A DNA stretch of 64,000 bases from Octopus sinensis. Lineage: Eukaryota. A program made the translations under genes and the position numbers. Below the pieces are notes generated by a model, which did no database searches, was not told the DNA's origin, and worked only from the letters and a program-made list of their open reading frames with translations. Shown here one piece after another: positions 36,601-51,676 of the stretch (within the stretch, counting starts at the first letter, position 1; each line of letters opens with the position of its first letter). The stretch lies in NCBI RefSeq assembly GCF_006345805.1, contig NC_043009.1:6262001-6326000 (forward strand). The letters run 5' to 3'.

Positions 36601-37229
36601 AGGACAAGGAGAAGGGACAGAGCTGCTACAGTGATAGTAGTTGTGAAAGAAATAGCAGTGTTTACTGTTATGTTAGTAATGGTGGTGGTGGTGGTGGTGG
36701 TGGTATGGGGGGTGGCGGTGGTCTTAAGCGATTCGAAACCAATAAGAAAAAAAAGCAAAAAAAACAAAAAAAAAAACGAAAAGCGTTCGAGCGTTAAATA
36801 AATGAAACAAGCGTGAATGGTGAATCCCAATAGCAAATTTGTAGAGAGGGGAAAGATCAACGCCAAAATAAAAGACCTCAATAGCTACATGAACAGACTT
36901 TATCCCCCATCATATGTTCTGTTACTCTGTATCTCTTTTCTACTCACACTCTCTCTTTTTTCTCTGTCTCTCTCTCTCTCTCTCACTCGCTGCACCCCCC
37001 CCCCCTCGGGTGTTATGACCTACAGCCACATTGTATTATTTGATCATTTCTTATGGGCAGAATCGGCACACCCGGTATATAATAGAAGTTACCGTACGTT
37101 TAAATGAGAAGGTACACTTTCCATGAGTTTGCATGAAAGTGTGTTTTCTCCTTAAGAAGGACGAGAAACTACGAATTGTTTCATCGTATAAAAGGAGATT
37201 AATATGATTCTGTCCAGATATCACCACCA

Positions 37230-37350
37230 GGAAATTCGACAAGCTACCCGAGCCTGTAGTCGAGGTCACATGCCTGAGGTACCATGCAGTGGGACTGAAC
37301 CCAGAACCATGTGGTTGGAAAGCAAGCTTCTTACCACGCAGCCATGCCTG
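37230..37350 (-). mobile_element. SINE family A 5' fragment
   Basis: GCAGTGGGACTGAACCCAGAACCATGTGGTTGGAAAGCAAGCTTCTTACCAC. Confidence 0.8.
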
Positions 37351-38575
37351 CGGCAATTGCAGCTAATCTGCCATATGTACTACAATTGGTTGAACACTCC
37401 ACTTGATAATGGACCAAGATGTAGATTAAATGCCACATGAACAAAAAGGAGGGGCGATGGACAGGGAGCCTCTCCACAGAATGGATGTCCTGTTATATGT
37501 TTAAAAAAAGGATATTGATAATTATTATTGATGTGATCCTGCTGACCAAAAATTTAATATCAAGCATTGTGCTGCTGAAAGCATGAGAATTTGGTCCCAA
37601 TCTGATGAAATGCGAAAGGAAAACATACATGGAATATTCGCTGTTCAAGCTTATAGGAAAGTATATTTGGTGATGGTGCTACACTGCTCAGAAATCACAT
37701 TTCAGCAGTCTTCCTTATGGAACAATATCAAAGAGATACGATAAAATATTTAGGATTATCGGAGACTTGCTATAAGATAAAAAATAGAGTCAAAATTTAT
37801 AGGAAAATGAGACAATGATAGGAGACCTATAAATGTATTCATGAGAGTAAACATAAGCATATATAATAAAAATCGTGAAAGTTTCACGAATTCCACAACT
37901 TTGTATTATTATAATAGCAGAGCAGTATTGTGAAATATATATCAAAGAGAAATAATAATTATATATAATGCAATGCCTCAGCTCATCAAGATCTCCGTCA
38001 ACATCTCTGCTGCAATAAGAATGAAGAGACAAAAATAGTTCATGGAATGTCATGTATTACTCGAAGCTTATTAATTTACTATAACAACCACTTACTGTGC
38101 TATAGTAGGGTATATACTGACTAGTGACTAACTAACTAATGGCTTTCGGATTTGTATTCAAAAAACGTGATTCTTTATTACATAGCAAACATGGAAACTT
38201 TATCTCTCGACAGATTCTTCTATGCGACGTGTGTGAAGGATGTGTTTGAGGCGTAATACGTTTGATATTCTGATCCTGCTTTGCGCATCAATGTCAGACA
38301 TAAATTAGCCAGTGCATAACGAAAGTGACGGAAAATTATTCAAAGACACGCAATCCATTCCTCTAGAACCCAAATAAAAATGAAAATGCACAAACGTGTA
38401 TGAACAGCCAAACATTTCCAATTCACCTAGGCACATTTTTACAGCTTTCACTCAACCCACAACACTATCTTGCCATTTAATTTTGCACAAAACCAAAACC
38501 AAATAACTAAGATGAACGCTAAAATTCGGGAGCCAATTAAAGACAAATAATATTCAAGCAGAAGGGATATATTCA

Positions 38576-38606
<31 letters not shown>

Positions 38607-39619
38607 ATAATTATATATATATATATTATATATATATATATATATACATATATATGTATATATAGATATATATTAATATATATATATATTAGATATATAT
38701 ATCTAATAATATTTGCATGAATATATTTGTTAACATATATTTACATGCACATATACATACGCGTATATATATATATATGTATATACATATACATATATGT
38801 ATATAAATATATATATATGTATATATATATATGTATATATGTATATACACATATATATGTGTGTGTATGTATGTATATATGTATATATGCGTGTGTCTAT
38901 ATCTATCTATCTATATATATATGTATATGTTACGTGCAATATAAACAATTCGCGTCAGGCGCAGTGTTACTCTATACATGCAATTTTCAAAGTAAAACCC
39001 AGTGGAAAAGCAATAAAAATTGATCTCTCCTCTGTAGCGTGAGATGAATGCATGGATGCATGAACGGGTAGACAACAAGAACCAGTTAAAAATACAACAC
39101 AATTTACTTCAGTTCATCTAACATCCAAGTCAGATAAATAACAGAAAACTACATAAGTGCAACATGGGGAAAACGGTTTGGCTTCGCAATTTCTCTGCAA
39201 TATATGCCGACGGGCTTTTGTGCTGTATTTTAATATCTCAAACTAATGGCTGAGACATTAGAATACACAGCAAGCAATCTAGAATGCGCCAGTTCGTATC
39301 AAGTTATCAGCGTAAAGTTGTTATTGCATACATATATGCATGTATAGATACATATACATATATGTAAGTAAGGTATATATATATATGTGTGTGTGTGTAT
39401 GTTTGCGTGTGTGTACTTGTGTGTATATAGTATATTATACATATATATATATATATTTATCTCTCTCTCTCTCTCTCTCTCTCTTTATATATATATATAC
39501 ATATATACATATATATATATATTTATATAAATATATATATATATATATATGTCTCTCCCAGCATTCGGTTTCCTTGTATGTCTCCACTGTTTTTTCTTTG
39601 TTCCAACGTTGACCCTCAT

Positions 39620-39870
39620 AAATCCTCAATTTTATTTTAGAATTCAAGGGATCGACTGTCTTTGAAGACTCGTATTATCGTTTGAATGCTCGAAACGAGG
39701 AGTAGATAGAAAGCCGACAATTGATAAAGGGTCTTGTTTCTGTGTTAACTTCTCATTCTTTTCTCCTAGTTTACGTATTTCACTCGTCTTTTCATGTAAT
39801 TATTTTCCAGGTGTTGTATCTAACTCTAGTGTGTATGTTACTCGCCCCGTTGGTGACGTCCTTTAATCAT
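39620..39870 (+). mobile_element. Diverged copy of the PLE 5'-region repeat
   Basis: TGCTCGAAA.GAG.AGT...CGACAA.TGAT.AAGGGTC and GTTGGTGAYGTCCT are shared with the 19410-19680 and 61265-61390 copies; ends in a TA/GT microsatellite. Confidence 0.5.
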
Positions 39871-39889
39871 ATATGCACATATATGCATG

Positions 39890-39942
<53 letters not shown>

Positions 39943-40301
39943 TGTGTGTGTGTGTGCGTACGTGTGTGTGTGTGTTCAAATATGAATTAGAAGCGACTCG
40001 GTGTATATGAACAAAATAGAACACACGCAATATGTGTGTATTGGTTTTCGTGGCTCGGTTGCATTTTTAGGCGTAGGACTATATACTTTCAACGCATGTG
40101 GTGTTGAAACACTTGAAAGTAAGTCATAGGCCATCGAGCCAACTCACAGAGGGTCCCTTCACGGACCGGCAAAGACAGATGTTTCGTTCTTGTTGGGAAT
40201 TTTCAATGCTGCGTACCGAACAAGGCCCGGTGCAAATTATTCGACGATCTAACAACATATACTTTTTGTGTTTGTGTGTTCGATTTTCATATATACATAT
40301 A

Positions 40302-41330
40302 TGAGGGTGACTCAAAAATTATACGAACTCTTGTGTCTGTAATTCATATACACAATGTCAGTGGTTTAACTCTCGCCTCAATTTTAAATATATACTCTCC
40401 TTACTATTGGATGCACTTCTTCAAGCTGTACAAATGGTTGTGCGAGAAGTAGAATAGCTTCTTCAAAGAGTCCATAAGTTCGGTTATTACATCGAAGAAG
40501 TTATTATACTGCTTGCACAACAATTTATGCACCGCATCCTGCACATCTGCTGTAGTAAATCCATGACCGTGTACAGGATGTTTGAGCACTCCTGTAACTT
40601 GATGAACTAGACACAGAATCCAATATTTCAGTGGATTCTACGATGTGGGCAGGTGTATTTGTGGGTGTACTTCCGTGCAACAATAACACGTGTTATGACC
40701 TCATCGTTTCGTGTCATTTGCTAGTTACGGATTGTTTGCCACTATTTCATTGTAGCCTTTACTACAGATCTAAATCCCTTTTCGAGGAACTGTTCGAAAA
40801 TGGGCTGTTTTGCGTCCCGAAAACGGTTAGAATCATTTCTTCTGTGGATTGTTGAGTCTTCTTCATACGCTGGCGATTACGGGTGTTTCTATTTCATACT
40901 CGACTGTTGAACTCTGGATCAACGTGATGGACCCATGTATCATATCGTGTGACACTTCTCTACAAATTCATCGCTGAGACAACTAAGCGAGCAGTAGCTG
41001 TTCCTCATATGATTGCTCTTACGCGCCTCTGTAAGTTCTCTTGCCATTTATCTCGGCCATTTTGGAAGCGATGCTTGTCATGAATAATTTCGTATGCAGA
41101 ACCATGATTAATCTGCATAGAACATGCCACTTCATCGAGGACATTCACCTGTTTACTAGAATCATCTCTCGAGCTTGAATTTTCACGATAGTCGTAGTGT
41201 GTTAATGAGAATCCTGCTTCCTCTTCGGGTTTCATCTTTCCCGGACATTTTTAAAATTCTCGATCCACTCATACACACTTCAACGCGTTAGAGTTATGTC
41301 GCCGTGTTTGACTGAAAAGCTGCGATGGTT
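40302..41330 (-). mobile_element. Decayed mariner (DD34D-type) element
   Basis: TA|TGAGGGTGACTCAAAAA end; VYEWIENFK, DEVACSMQINHGSAYEIIHD, TWVHH.DPE, HVLLLHG and FTTADVQDAVHK. The right boundary is approximate. Confidence 0.75.
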
Positions 41331-42002
41331 ATTTGCCCTTGACATACATTGAGAACAGTGGCGAAGGGTGACTAGCAAACTAGGGCATGCATTTCACCCC
41401 ACCACCACCCTGAGGGTGGGAGTGATTTCCGAGTATTCCACCCTCCCTCGTTTTCCGTGAAAAGTGTAGTATTTTATGCTTTGTGATATGGGGTGTCTGA
41501 AAATGAATATATTTGCCCCTACCCCAACCCTGCGATGCACCGTTCTAAAGTAGTTAGCAAGAAAAGAGAATCATACATACAAACATTACCAAAATATGCA
41601 AAGGCATCCCGTAGTTAGTACGCTTTAATAAAAGCGGTGTCAAATTTGATTATCACGTTGCAATGAGTGTCTGTTTTTTCCCCCCAAAAAAACCCCTTGG
41701 AATTATTAGCAGCACCTCCCCTTCAGTTCCGCACCAATATTTCACGTATGAGGTCGTGTACCACAACCACTACTACTTAACTGGTATATTCAAAATAAAT
41801 CGACAAAACTCATTGAAATTCTACCAAACGTCCTGCAGTTGTCTGATTTTTGTCTTTTTCATGGCTTTATTCATAAGATCTGGACTCAGTTTTTATTTCT
41901 TACAAAAATCATTATCAAGTAAATTGCGCTTTTCGCCAATTAATCACCACTAAAAAACTTTGCAACAGAAACACTCCCACTTCTAACATCGCAGCCATAT
42001 TA

Positions 42003-42215
42003 AAGCGGCAAGCTGGCAATGTTATTAGCAAGTCGGCCGAGTTGCTTGGCGGTATTTCGCCTGCATTTGCACTCTGGGTTCAAATTCCACCGGGATCGAC
42101 TTTGCCTTTCATCCATTCGTAGTCGATAAATTAAGTAGCAGTCAAGCAGTGGAGTCGATGTAATCGACTGGACCCATGCCCCCAAAATTTCAGCCCTTGT
42201 GGCTGCATTAGAGAG
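42003..42215 (+). mobile_element. SINE family B
   Basis: GCGGCAAGCTGGCA head, GGGTTCAAATTCC B-box and GATCGACTTTGCCTTTCATCC. Confidence 0.8.
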
Positions 42216-42681
42216 GAACATCGTAGACATATTGAACCATGCCTATTTTTCAAGAACATTTTATATAGAAACAAAATTAGAAAAAGCATTTCCTGAAAAT
42301 GCTGTTTTTTTTCTTTTCAGTGGAGTCTAACACGACAAAACTGAATAAAGAAAAAAAAGCAGCAGTCAGATCATTCTAATTTATTCTTTTGCATTTTATA
42401 ATTATAACTGTTTCTAAGAGAAAACTCCAGTCCAAGAATTGTGAGGTTTTGTTTACAGCTTCTTTGATTCTTTTATAGTAGTTTATGTTTGACTGTAATA
42501 AAAATAAAATATACAAGTTAAAGTAAATTTTGATCGGTTTTTCGATTAAAAAAACTATAGGTGCTTCTTTAGAGAATTTTATTTGTGTCATATTATATTT
42601 TTTTCATACTGTTGGCTATAAGTGAAAAACATTTATCAGCGCACAGATATATAATTTTAAAAAAATTGGTTGAGTTATCGT

Positions 42682-42990
42682 CAAATTTTCCATGTCGAGG
42701 AAACTGGACAATTTTGGAAAGAAAAAATTCATCAAGATCTTTTCGGGCAAGAAAAAAGGGCGACTACACCAGGTCATAAAATAATAGGTTAATACTTCTC
42801 AGAATTAATGCCAAAGATGAAGGCAAATTGAAACCGATGATAATTTTTCGTACAATGAACCGAAGAGCATTAAAAGGCAGTTACATGCAATCCCCTTCAG
42901 TAATTTGGAAACCGAATAAAAGGACATAGGGGACAAAGCATTCGTTTGAAGAACGGTTCAATATGCAATGTCGCTCCACATTTGAAAAAT
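42682..42990 (+). mobile_element. pogo/Tigger DDE transposase fragment
   Basis: QIFHVEETGQFWK (QVFNVDETGLFWK) and RLILLRINAKDEGKLKPMIIF...RALKG...VIWKPNKRT. Confidence 0.75.
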
Positions 42991-43009
42991 ATTGCAAAAC
43001 GAGGAAATA

Positions 43010-43052
<43 letters not shown>

Positions 43053-43061
43053 TAATAATAA

Positions 43062-43109
<48 letters not shown>

Positions 43110-43111
43110 TT

Positions 43112-43700
43112 AAGTTTCATAGTTGGGCATCCCATCTCACTTAATGATTCAAATAGCAATGTGAATAGCTGATCAGCGGAGAGGCAGTTTGAAACTGAGG
43201 ACTGACACATGTTTGATGTGAATCTTCGCAGAGTACAACCAACAGCTATGGGGCGGACGTCACCATTGGGTTTCGTGAGACCAAATAGTTTTACCCCAAA
43301 GAACAGGGGACGAATGTAGGAAATAGAACTCGGACAAGAACAATTTTATGAACTGCATTATGTCTCCAAGAGCTCAAGACCAGCACCACCGGCTGAGACG
43401 GCTGTAAGCCATCGATATCAGAGCCAGAACCCTCTGGAAATGATGCAATCGTCTTCCTGACATTGTCAGAGGTAAAATTAGGTTGTAGAAATCTTGATGG
43501 GTCGGGGCAGTGTAGGGCCGGAGGAGCAACAGGATGTTTCTCCTTGATTCGATTGAGAAAAATTGTGATACATTGGGCAAGGGAGGACAGAGAGTGGAGG
43601 AAGCGAACAGCCCCTTTAAAATCAATTTCGCTGTATTTCGCATTAACGCCCTCCCTTAAGTTATAAAGTCGGCCCTTGTTCGCGTGTTCGATGAACAGTG
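43112..43700 (-). mobile_element. CRE-clade non-LTR RT fragment
   Basis: FTSDNVRKTIASFPEGSGSDIDGLQP and RPLFFGVKLFGLTKPNGDVRPIAVGCTLRR; it ends at a (TAA)n tract at 43010-43110. Confidence 0.75.
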
Positions 43701-44006
43701 TTAGGGGTTGGCGGCAAATTCGGTTTAAAATGTGTCAGCACCACGCTCTACCTTCTTCTTCAAAAGGTCTTTATTCATGAAAATGAAATCTAAATTATTG
43801 AATCTCTCTTTTACTTTGGGTACACCTCATATAACTATTTACTCGCTTTAATGAAGAAAGCTATGTACTATAGGAAGCAGCTTTTGTAGGCATATTGTTA
43901 CTCCGGTCAGAGCTTGATTTAGATCAAACTTCCGTATTATATCTGCAACTTATTGAATGTTTGACACATACTTTGCAAAATTGGTTGTATGTATGTATGT
44001 GTATGC

Positions 44007-44082
<76 letters not shown>

Positions 44083-45193
44083 TGTGTGTGTGTGTACGTA
44101 TATATTCAAATCCGTTACGTGTCATGTTATTAGTCCCCACAGCGTTATCTTTTCAGGTGAAGTCCGCTTTATTATAATTATTTATTCATTTATATTTTTG
44201 AGATGTATGATACCGCATCCTCCATACTTGATACCTCTGCAATAAAATGAAAGACAATATTGCTCTGTATGCAAATTACTGTTTAGCTGGTTTTCGCTGA
44301 AATGGTTGTTCCACAGTCACGTTTTAAACTTTCCAAATGCTAAACACCATGCTTCTTTTTCGGTCGAGTCGAGTTCTTCACTTTGGAATATTTGCGGATA
44401 TCTCCTCCTGCACTAGCGTCAGTCAGAGAGGAAAGAACGTCATTGCAAGCACGCACCCCACTGTAAAACACTGACTTAACCCGAAACTTGTGTTCAACTG
44501 CGAAACTCGAAATTGGTAATAATGGACAAAGAAACGATTGTAGGAGCATTTATATACGAGCAGCCAAACGTTGAATTTCTGTGAGAAAATAAGCACAATG
44601 CCCATCGATATTCAAATCCTGAAACTATAGTGAGGGCAAGGTGGCTTCCAATTTCAAGTTAAGGGTAATGAAGCAAGTTTTTTGCATAGATCATCTGGTT
44701 ATTATCAACGGGAAAAAATCACCTTGCTAAATTCCACATTTGTTCCAATCTCAGTTTAAAATTACGGAGGAACATTTCAATTTTTTCCTCTCCTGTTTGA
44801 TAACAATAACATGAGCGATTGTTTAAGAAGTAAGCTTCACGTTAACAAATATTTGGTTTTATTCTCCTGTATACTAGAGAAACAATATGCCTTGCACAAC
44901 ACAACGACCCACGAATAGTAGATCAAACTGTGTCGAAAGATAATACAAAGAAGCCTATAAAATAGATTTTACCTGTAATTTAAACATTGAGATGTAAAAC
45001 GTTGATTTCCATTGGAATACCTGGAAAGAAGAAAACGTTAATACGTCTCTTTGGAAAGATCAGCTCATTCAGTGACCAAGTAATTCAGTAGAACAAGTAA
45101 CTTGAAACTCATCCTCGAAACCAATGAAACCATATAACTACTACATATATATGTACGTTGTATGACGCTATATATTTAGTCAATTCTATATAG

Positions 45194-45259
<66 letters not shown>

Positions 45260-45361
45260 GTCTGTCTGTCTATACAGATATACACACATTTTTGGATGAC
45301 CGTTCACCGCAGTCTCTTTCTTCGATCTTCGGAGTGTCCACTAATCTCCCTTTTCACCAAG

Positions 45362-45415
<54 letters not shown>

Positions 45416-45419
45416 TCTT

Positions 45420-45555
45420 TATTCTTTTATAGGTTTCAGTCATTTGGTGTGGTCATGTGGTCATGCTGGAGCAAAGCGTTTAATCGAAGAAATTTACCCT
45501 AGGACTTATTCTTTGTAAGCATAGTACTTATTCTATCGGTCTCTTTTGCCGAACT
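45420..45555 (-). mobile_element. SINE family A 3' fragment
   Basis: GGACTTATTCTTTGTAAGC.TAGTACTTATTCTATCGGTCTCTTTTGCCGAAC. Confidence 0.8.
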
Positions 45556-45670
45556 ACATTTTATACATATATAAGAGTGTGTATGTGTGTGTGTGTATCT
45601 GGCGAAGAGAGCGATCTTATTGCATTCACAAATAAGTACCCTATGTGTATATATATATATATATGTATGC

Positions 45671-45753
<83 letters not shown>

Positions 45754-46048
45754 CCTACCTATCAATCTATATGTATATATATGCATATATACATACCCAT
45801 ACGCACACATGTGTCTGTGTGTATGTGTGTATAAACGATGTTTCAATTACATATTTACAAATTATATACACTTCCGTGCCCATATACTTTTGAGTCTATA
45901 TCTACGTGTGCGTGTTTGTGTGTATGTGTGTGTGTTTGTTTGTAAACGTGTACAAATAATCTGGAATAAAGGAAACAGTTCGTTTACTTGCAATTATGCG
46001 TGTGACAAGATTAAATATTTATCGTGTATGTTTTTAAATATATATATA

Positions 46049-46108
<60 letters not shown>

Positions 46109-46638
46109 CATACATACATACATACATCATACATACTTACATACATACATACATACATAACATACATACAGAGATGTAAATAGATAGATAGATTGATAAA
46201 ATATCTGAATAGCAACATTTTGTGTGAGAAAATCACATGATGTTTATTATTAATTATTTTTTATACTTTCTTCTTATTTTTCTAATTTACGGCAACCTTG
46301 AAATATAAATATATTTTTAAATTATTAAATACATATTTTATATTTAACAGTTAGGAAAACATATCGAAATATATTAGGAAATGATTTCTACATCCAGTTG
46401 ATTGTTTTCTTGCTCTGTAATAAATTAGATATGTTTCATTATTATTTTGAGGGATTCTTTGACGCTGAATCTATTTGCTTTGAGTAAATGAATTTCTTTG
46501 ACATATGTAAAATAATTTCAGGGATGGTTTAAAGAAGTATTATGCTGTTAGTAAAACTTAATGTATGTATATGAGCATACACACACAGGCACACATACAC
46601 GCACAGACACATACTGACACACATACACACACACACAT

Positions 46639-46677
<39 letters not shown>

Positions 46678-46951
46678 CTGATAAGACACAACAAATATAG
46701 ATTATGGGCGTACTCACACTAACAGATGTAAGCACATCGACATATACAATGAAACATTTAGACATACAGACATACATAAATAGATAGATAGATAGATAGA
46801 TAGAGGAGAGAGAGAGAGAGATAAGAGACACATATATAGACCCATGTAAATGTGAAATAGTTGCATATTTAATTATACATCCATGTACTTATATATATAT
46901 ATATATGTGTACCTTTATACACACATATATATGCATATATACATATATACG

Positions 46952-47007
<56 letters not shown>

Positions 47008-47841
47008 TGTATATATATATATATATATATATTTATACATACATAAATATGAGCGTGTGTGTGTGAATTCGTACGTGTGTATGCATAAATACATACATAT
47101 ATATACCAATAATATTACGGATAATAATCAGAAAAAGAAAAAATATGAGGAGGAAAAAGAGGAAGAGAAGGAGGAGGAGGAGGATGAAGATGGGGAGGAA
47201 TGGGAAAAGATGATGGTAACGTAGGTGGTGCTAGCAGTGGCAGTGGAGGAGAGGGAACGAAGAGGAGGCGGAGGAGGTGGAGGAATGGAAGAGACGGAGG
47301 AGTGGAGGAGGTGGAGGAGGCGCAAGCGGTGGATATGGAGGCGGAAGGGGAGGGTATATATACAGTTGAATTCAATTATAAGAGTGTAATTTAGAATTCA
47401 TTGATTCTTTGCTTTGCTTAGAGAAATTAGATACATCCAACTTTGATCATTTACAACAGTCAAACAGGCCATTCAATGGCATTTTAAAATTAATCTAAAC
47501 ACACGAATTGGATTGAAACTTTCTTATACGCTCTGATTAAATCTCTGGCATAAGTATCTCTACAGAAACATATCTACATTTACACCTACATCGACAGATA
47601 TACCGACTGAGAAAGGTACTGACACATACACACATACAGACACACACACACAAACACACCCATGCACAAACACCCATGCACACACACTCTGTCAGGAAAC
47701 ACACATACACTTTCTCACCCACATATAATATATATATATGCATATATTTAGACATACATACTTCTACCTACACATCTAGCTCTCTCTCTCTCTATGTGCG
47801 TGGGTCTATGGATACATAGGTGTATACATACACACACACAG

Positions 47842-47877
<36 letters not shown>

Positions 47878-48816
47878 GCATATATTTATATCTTTGTATA
47901 TACATATATATGTATACGTATATGTACGTATGTATACATACATGTATGCCTACCTAAATATAATACATACATGCATATATACACATGTACGTATTTCATT
48001 TCAGATGAAAAAAAAGCCAACATAGTGAAGAAATATTATTTATATTATGTTCGAATGTTTATATTCATTTCAATGTTATTTGGGAGAAATTTGGTTACAT
48101 TTATGTAAAATTCGAATTGAAATTTCAGATCTAAACTTCAAGGAAATTCTAAGAAATTTTATTCCGTATGTTAAGTTACAGAATAAAGAAAATATTTAAC
48201 ACCTTTATCTATTTTGATTATAAATGTTATTTGATTCTATTTTAGTTTCTTCACGTTGTGATTTTCCTGTTCTAAATCAAGTTTCTTTCGCTCAAATTTT
48301 GTATTTGACTTCGTTTTTATTATAGAACAATATATGTAACAGTGATTAGTGAACGCGTATATAGAAACGTTGTCGCAATATCACATCGCAGTTGCTTATC
48401 CGCCATTTTTTTTTTTTTCCAAATGAATAAATGGAATCAAATGTATCTACATATAATATTAATATAAGAATGTTTTCACACCACAGTATAATTGGATGTA
48501 ATGTGTTTTATAATATTTATTCATTTACGTATTTATATGTGATGATATTATAATGCCCGACTACCTAACAACCTGTATCATTTCTCAGCTTCATTTTTCT
48601 AATATCTATGATTGACAATATTTTTTTTCCTGTTAGCATTTTAAATACGATTATCGATTTATCTGAATATAGAGATCTAGTTATATCTAAATTATATTTA
48701 TCCAACATATCCCTCCGTAAAACGTTATATATATCATACCACATTGATCCATTTATATGTATAGCATAACTGTATATTCATGTATCTATCTATTTGTATA
48801 TGTACATATATATACT

Positions 48817-48851
<35 letters not shown>

Positions 48852-49298
48852 TATATATATATGCACACCCCATGTATATATGTATATATATATATATGCG
48901 CGTGTGCGTACGTGTTAAGTTATTATATATATATATATATATATAATATATATATATATATATACATATATTGTGCACGCACACACATACACGTTTGCGT
49001 ATGTATTAATGACAATATATATTTATAGATGCACATATATATATAATATATATATAAAACCTCGTTTAATTTTAAATACTTTAAATAATTTTAAATACAC
49101 AGAAGCTGGTTTATGATAAAGATGAGAGAAGAAAACTCCGTTGATACATTATAGATGCGGAAAACAATGTCATATTTTGTACATGAGAATAAATTATAAA
49201 TAGAGATCGTAACATTGAATGTCAGGTGGCTGATTTCTCTTTCTGGAAACTCTCAATTTAGATATTGTCACTTAGATACCTATGAAAAATGTTATTTT

Positions 49299-49336
<38 letters not shown>

Positions 49337-49337
<1 letters not shown>

Positions 49338-49507
49338 CACTAAACATTTTTCTAGTTTCACTCCCTGTTTATTTCTCTTTTCCTTTCTGTCGAAAAGCGT
49401 AGGCTCGAAACGTAAAAAATCTTTCTCTCTTCCTCGAACTCTAAAATAAAAAATCTGTTTGATGTTTACACACCCGTCTTCGTCTTTTGTTTTTTGTAAA
49501 TTCTCAC

Positions 49508-49510
<3 letters not shown>
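49337..49510 (+). mobile_element. Solo PLE terminal-repeat fragment with an A6U hammerhead (49384-49417), between two (TA)n tracts
   Basis: UUU-CUGUCGA-A-AAGC(GUAG)GCUC-GAA-ACGU-A|AAA, ending CGTCTTCGTCTTTTGTTTTTTGTAAATT like the other copies. Confidence 0.85.
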
Positions 49511-49559
<49 letters not shown>

Positions 49560-49697
49560 GCTTATAGCTATATATGTGTGCATATATGTGCATACATTCA
49601 TTCATAAAAACATAGTAGAAATTATATCGATCCCTGAGATTCTGGTTCTCTGAAAATTTCTTCTATGATCACCAGGCCCACTCACACACACACACGA

Positions 49698-49734
<37 letters not shown>

Positions 49735-49736
<2 letters not shown>

Positions 49737-49900
49737 GCTACGTTTACTTTCTGTCTACCAAATCCCTTCATACAGCGTTGGTTGTCCTCGGGCTATACGT
49801 AGAAAACTCTTCCTAGGTTGTCACTCCTTGAGGCTGAACCCGAAATCATGTGGTTGCGAAAGAAACGTCCTACAACAGAGCCACGCATTGAGTCCATAAA
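49735..49900 (-). mobile_element. Old SINE family A 5' fragment
   Basis: TTTCTGTCTACCAAATCC...CTGAACCCGAAATCATGTGGTTG. Confidence 0.65.
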
Positions 49901-50289
49901 TGTACGTATAATCATTATATTTAACCTCAGTAATATGTCTCTGAGGATGTAAGGATAAACTTTATATATTTCGTTCACAGTCTTCTCTGGCCATAAGAAC
50001 AAACAAAATGTTCTTCGGGAAAAATATCATCAGTTAACAAGCATATCTAAAGACATTTTCACACAGATAACGTATTGCTGCATTTCTATCTTACACACAC
50101 ACACACAAATACACACACACACGCACACATACACACACACATACGCATTCATACATGTATTCTTTTATTCAGTCATTCTTCTATGCGATTCATCCACACA
50201 CTAGTTTTCCTATTGGAGCACGAGCGTGATTTCTTTCCTTTCCACACCCATCTTTAGTGGTTGGTCCCTACGAGGCAATTGAATTTCTT

Positions 50290-51125
50290 TTTCAGCACAC
50301 ATAAATCCCCCTTTTTTACTGACTATTGTCACTTTTGACACTGCTACATTCGTCTCTATTTTATGCCGGTTCGTTGCTTCGTCAGGCATCGTGATTAGGA
50401 GCATGTCCAATTCCTCTTTGAACACATTCACATCAACATTGTATACGTTCGTAATTCTTTTCATCGAGCATTGAAGAGTCGCTGGCTTTTAAACACTAAG
50501 ATATTGCAGGTCCTGCCCTTTATATTTGATGGAATGAACAGTAACTTTGGTAAAACGAAATGGCGTCCAGCATGGGGATTTCTCTAACATTTGATGCCGA
50601 AGTTAAGTGCTAGCAATTCCAAGAATCTCCACATGCAAACTGTAACATAACTTCTCGCCTTCTCTCCAAGGATTAAATTTTTTATCTTCTACCTCTGCTT
50701 CGTCTGCGGCACTGTAGCAACCATGTTAGTGTAGTAGCATTGGATCGCTTCAAATTCCGCTGCTATTTTGACAGTATTCGGTGACCATAAAAGAGAGTAA
50801 TATTTCAGGCGGCTGAGGGCAACGGTCTTCCATAAGGTGAACATGTCTTCTTTGTCTCATGTCCTGAACCTCCTAAGTAACCATTCTCTTAAGTGTCTGC
50901 ACTTTGATGCTACATTGTTATTATGCACATGAAGCCATATATCATTATATGTGTTTCTGTGACTCTGGCCATATATATTAAGACTGTGAGGCGCTCGTCA
51001 GCTGATATCACAGTGGCTGAAATTTTCCCAGCATTGAAGTAGAAACTGTCTTGTACAGCCCACTTGTATACTGCATTTAGGTCTCGCTACAAACTGACGA
51101 CATTGTCACGTTCTTGTATTGTTGA
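50290..51125 (-). mobile_element. Decayed CR1/L2-group LINE 3' region
   Basis: DLNAVYKWA, FNAGKFQ, LWKTVALSRLKYYSLLWSP, EAIQ, SLERRRE and VFKEELDMLLITMPDE. Confidence 0.8.
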
Positions 51126-51194
51126 TCTAAGCATGCATCTATATGTGTGCGTGCCCTTTTGTCCCAAGATAAAATCTCATTAGTGACCAGCTTA

Positions 51195-51366
51195 CCTTTG
51201 TGCTCATTATACTAGAGGGAGCACACTCTCCTACCCTGATGTAATCTCCAGGGATACAGGCATCCAGCAACAAGACCTCCGTAATGCTATGATGGACCGT
51301 GAAGTCTGGCGTAGCATGGTAAATTCCATTGTCTCGACCACGGTCGATCAATGATGATGATGATGC
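51195..51366 (+). mobile_element. RTE-type LINE 3' end with (TGA)n tail
   Basis: RGSTLSYPDVISRDTGIQQQDLRNAMMDREVWRSMVNSIVSTTVDQ* followed by TGATGATGATG. Confidence 0.75.
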
Positions 51367-51495
51367 TCATTTTCTGTCAGGCTGGGTAGAATTTCGTACG
51401 AACAAAAATTCTTGGACAGATGTAATCTATACAAAGGCACTTGAAGGAGTTGCTATATTTTTGCCTAAGGCCAATATCAAATCCTAATATATGTA

Positions 51496-51556
<61 letters not shown>

Positions 51557-51604
51557 CTTACGTGTATGTGTATGTTTTGTTACATGCATACGCAGACAAT
51601 GCAC

Positions 51605-51676
<72 letters not shown>

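Noticed and set aside
35307-36881. Poly-L/S/E/H/P ORFs
   Set aside because: They are trinucleotide repeats open in several frames on both strands.
44340-44549. Minus-strand 69-aa ORF as an exon or transposase piece
   Set aside because: No recognisable motif, and several competing frames and splice sites.
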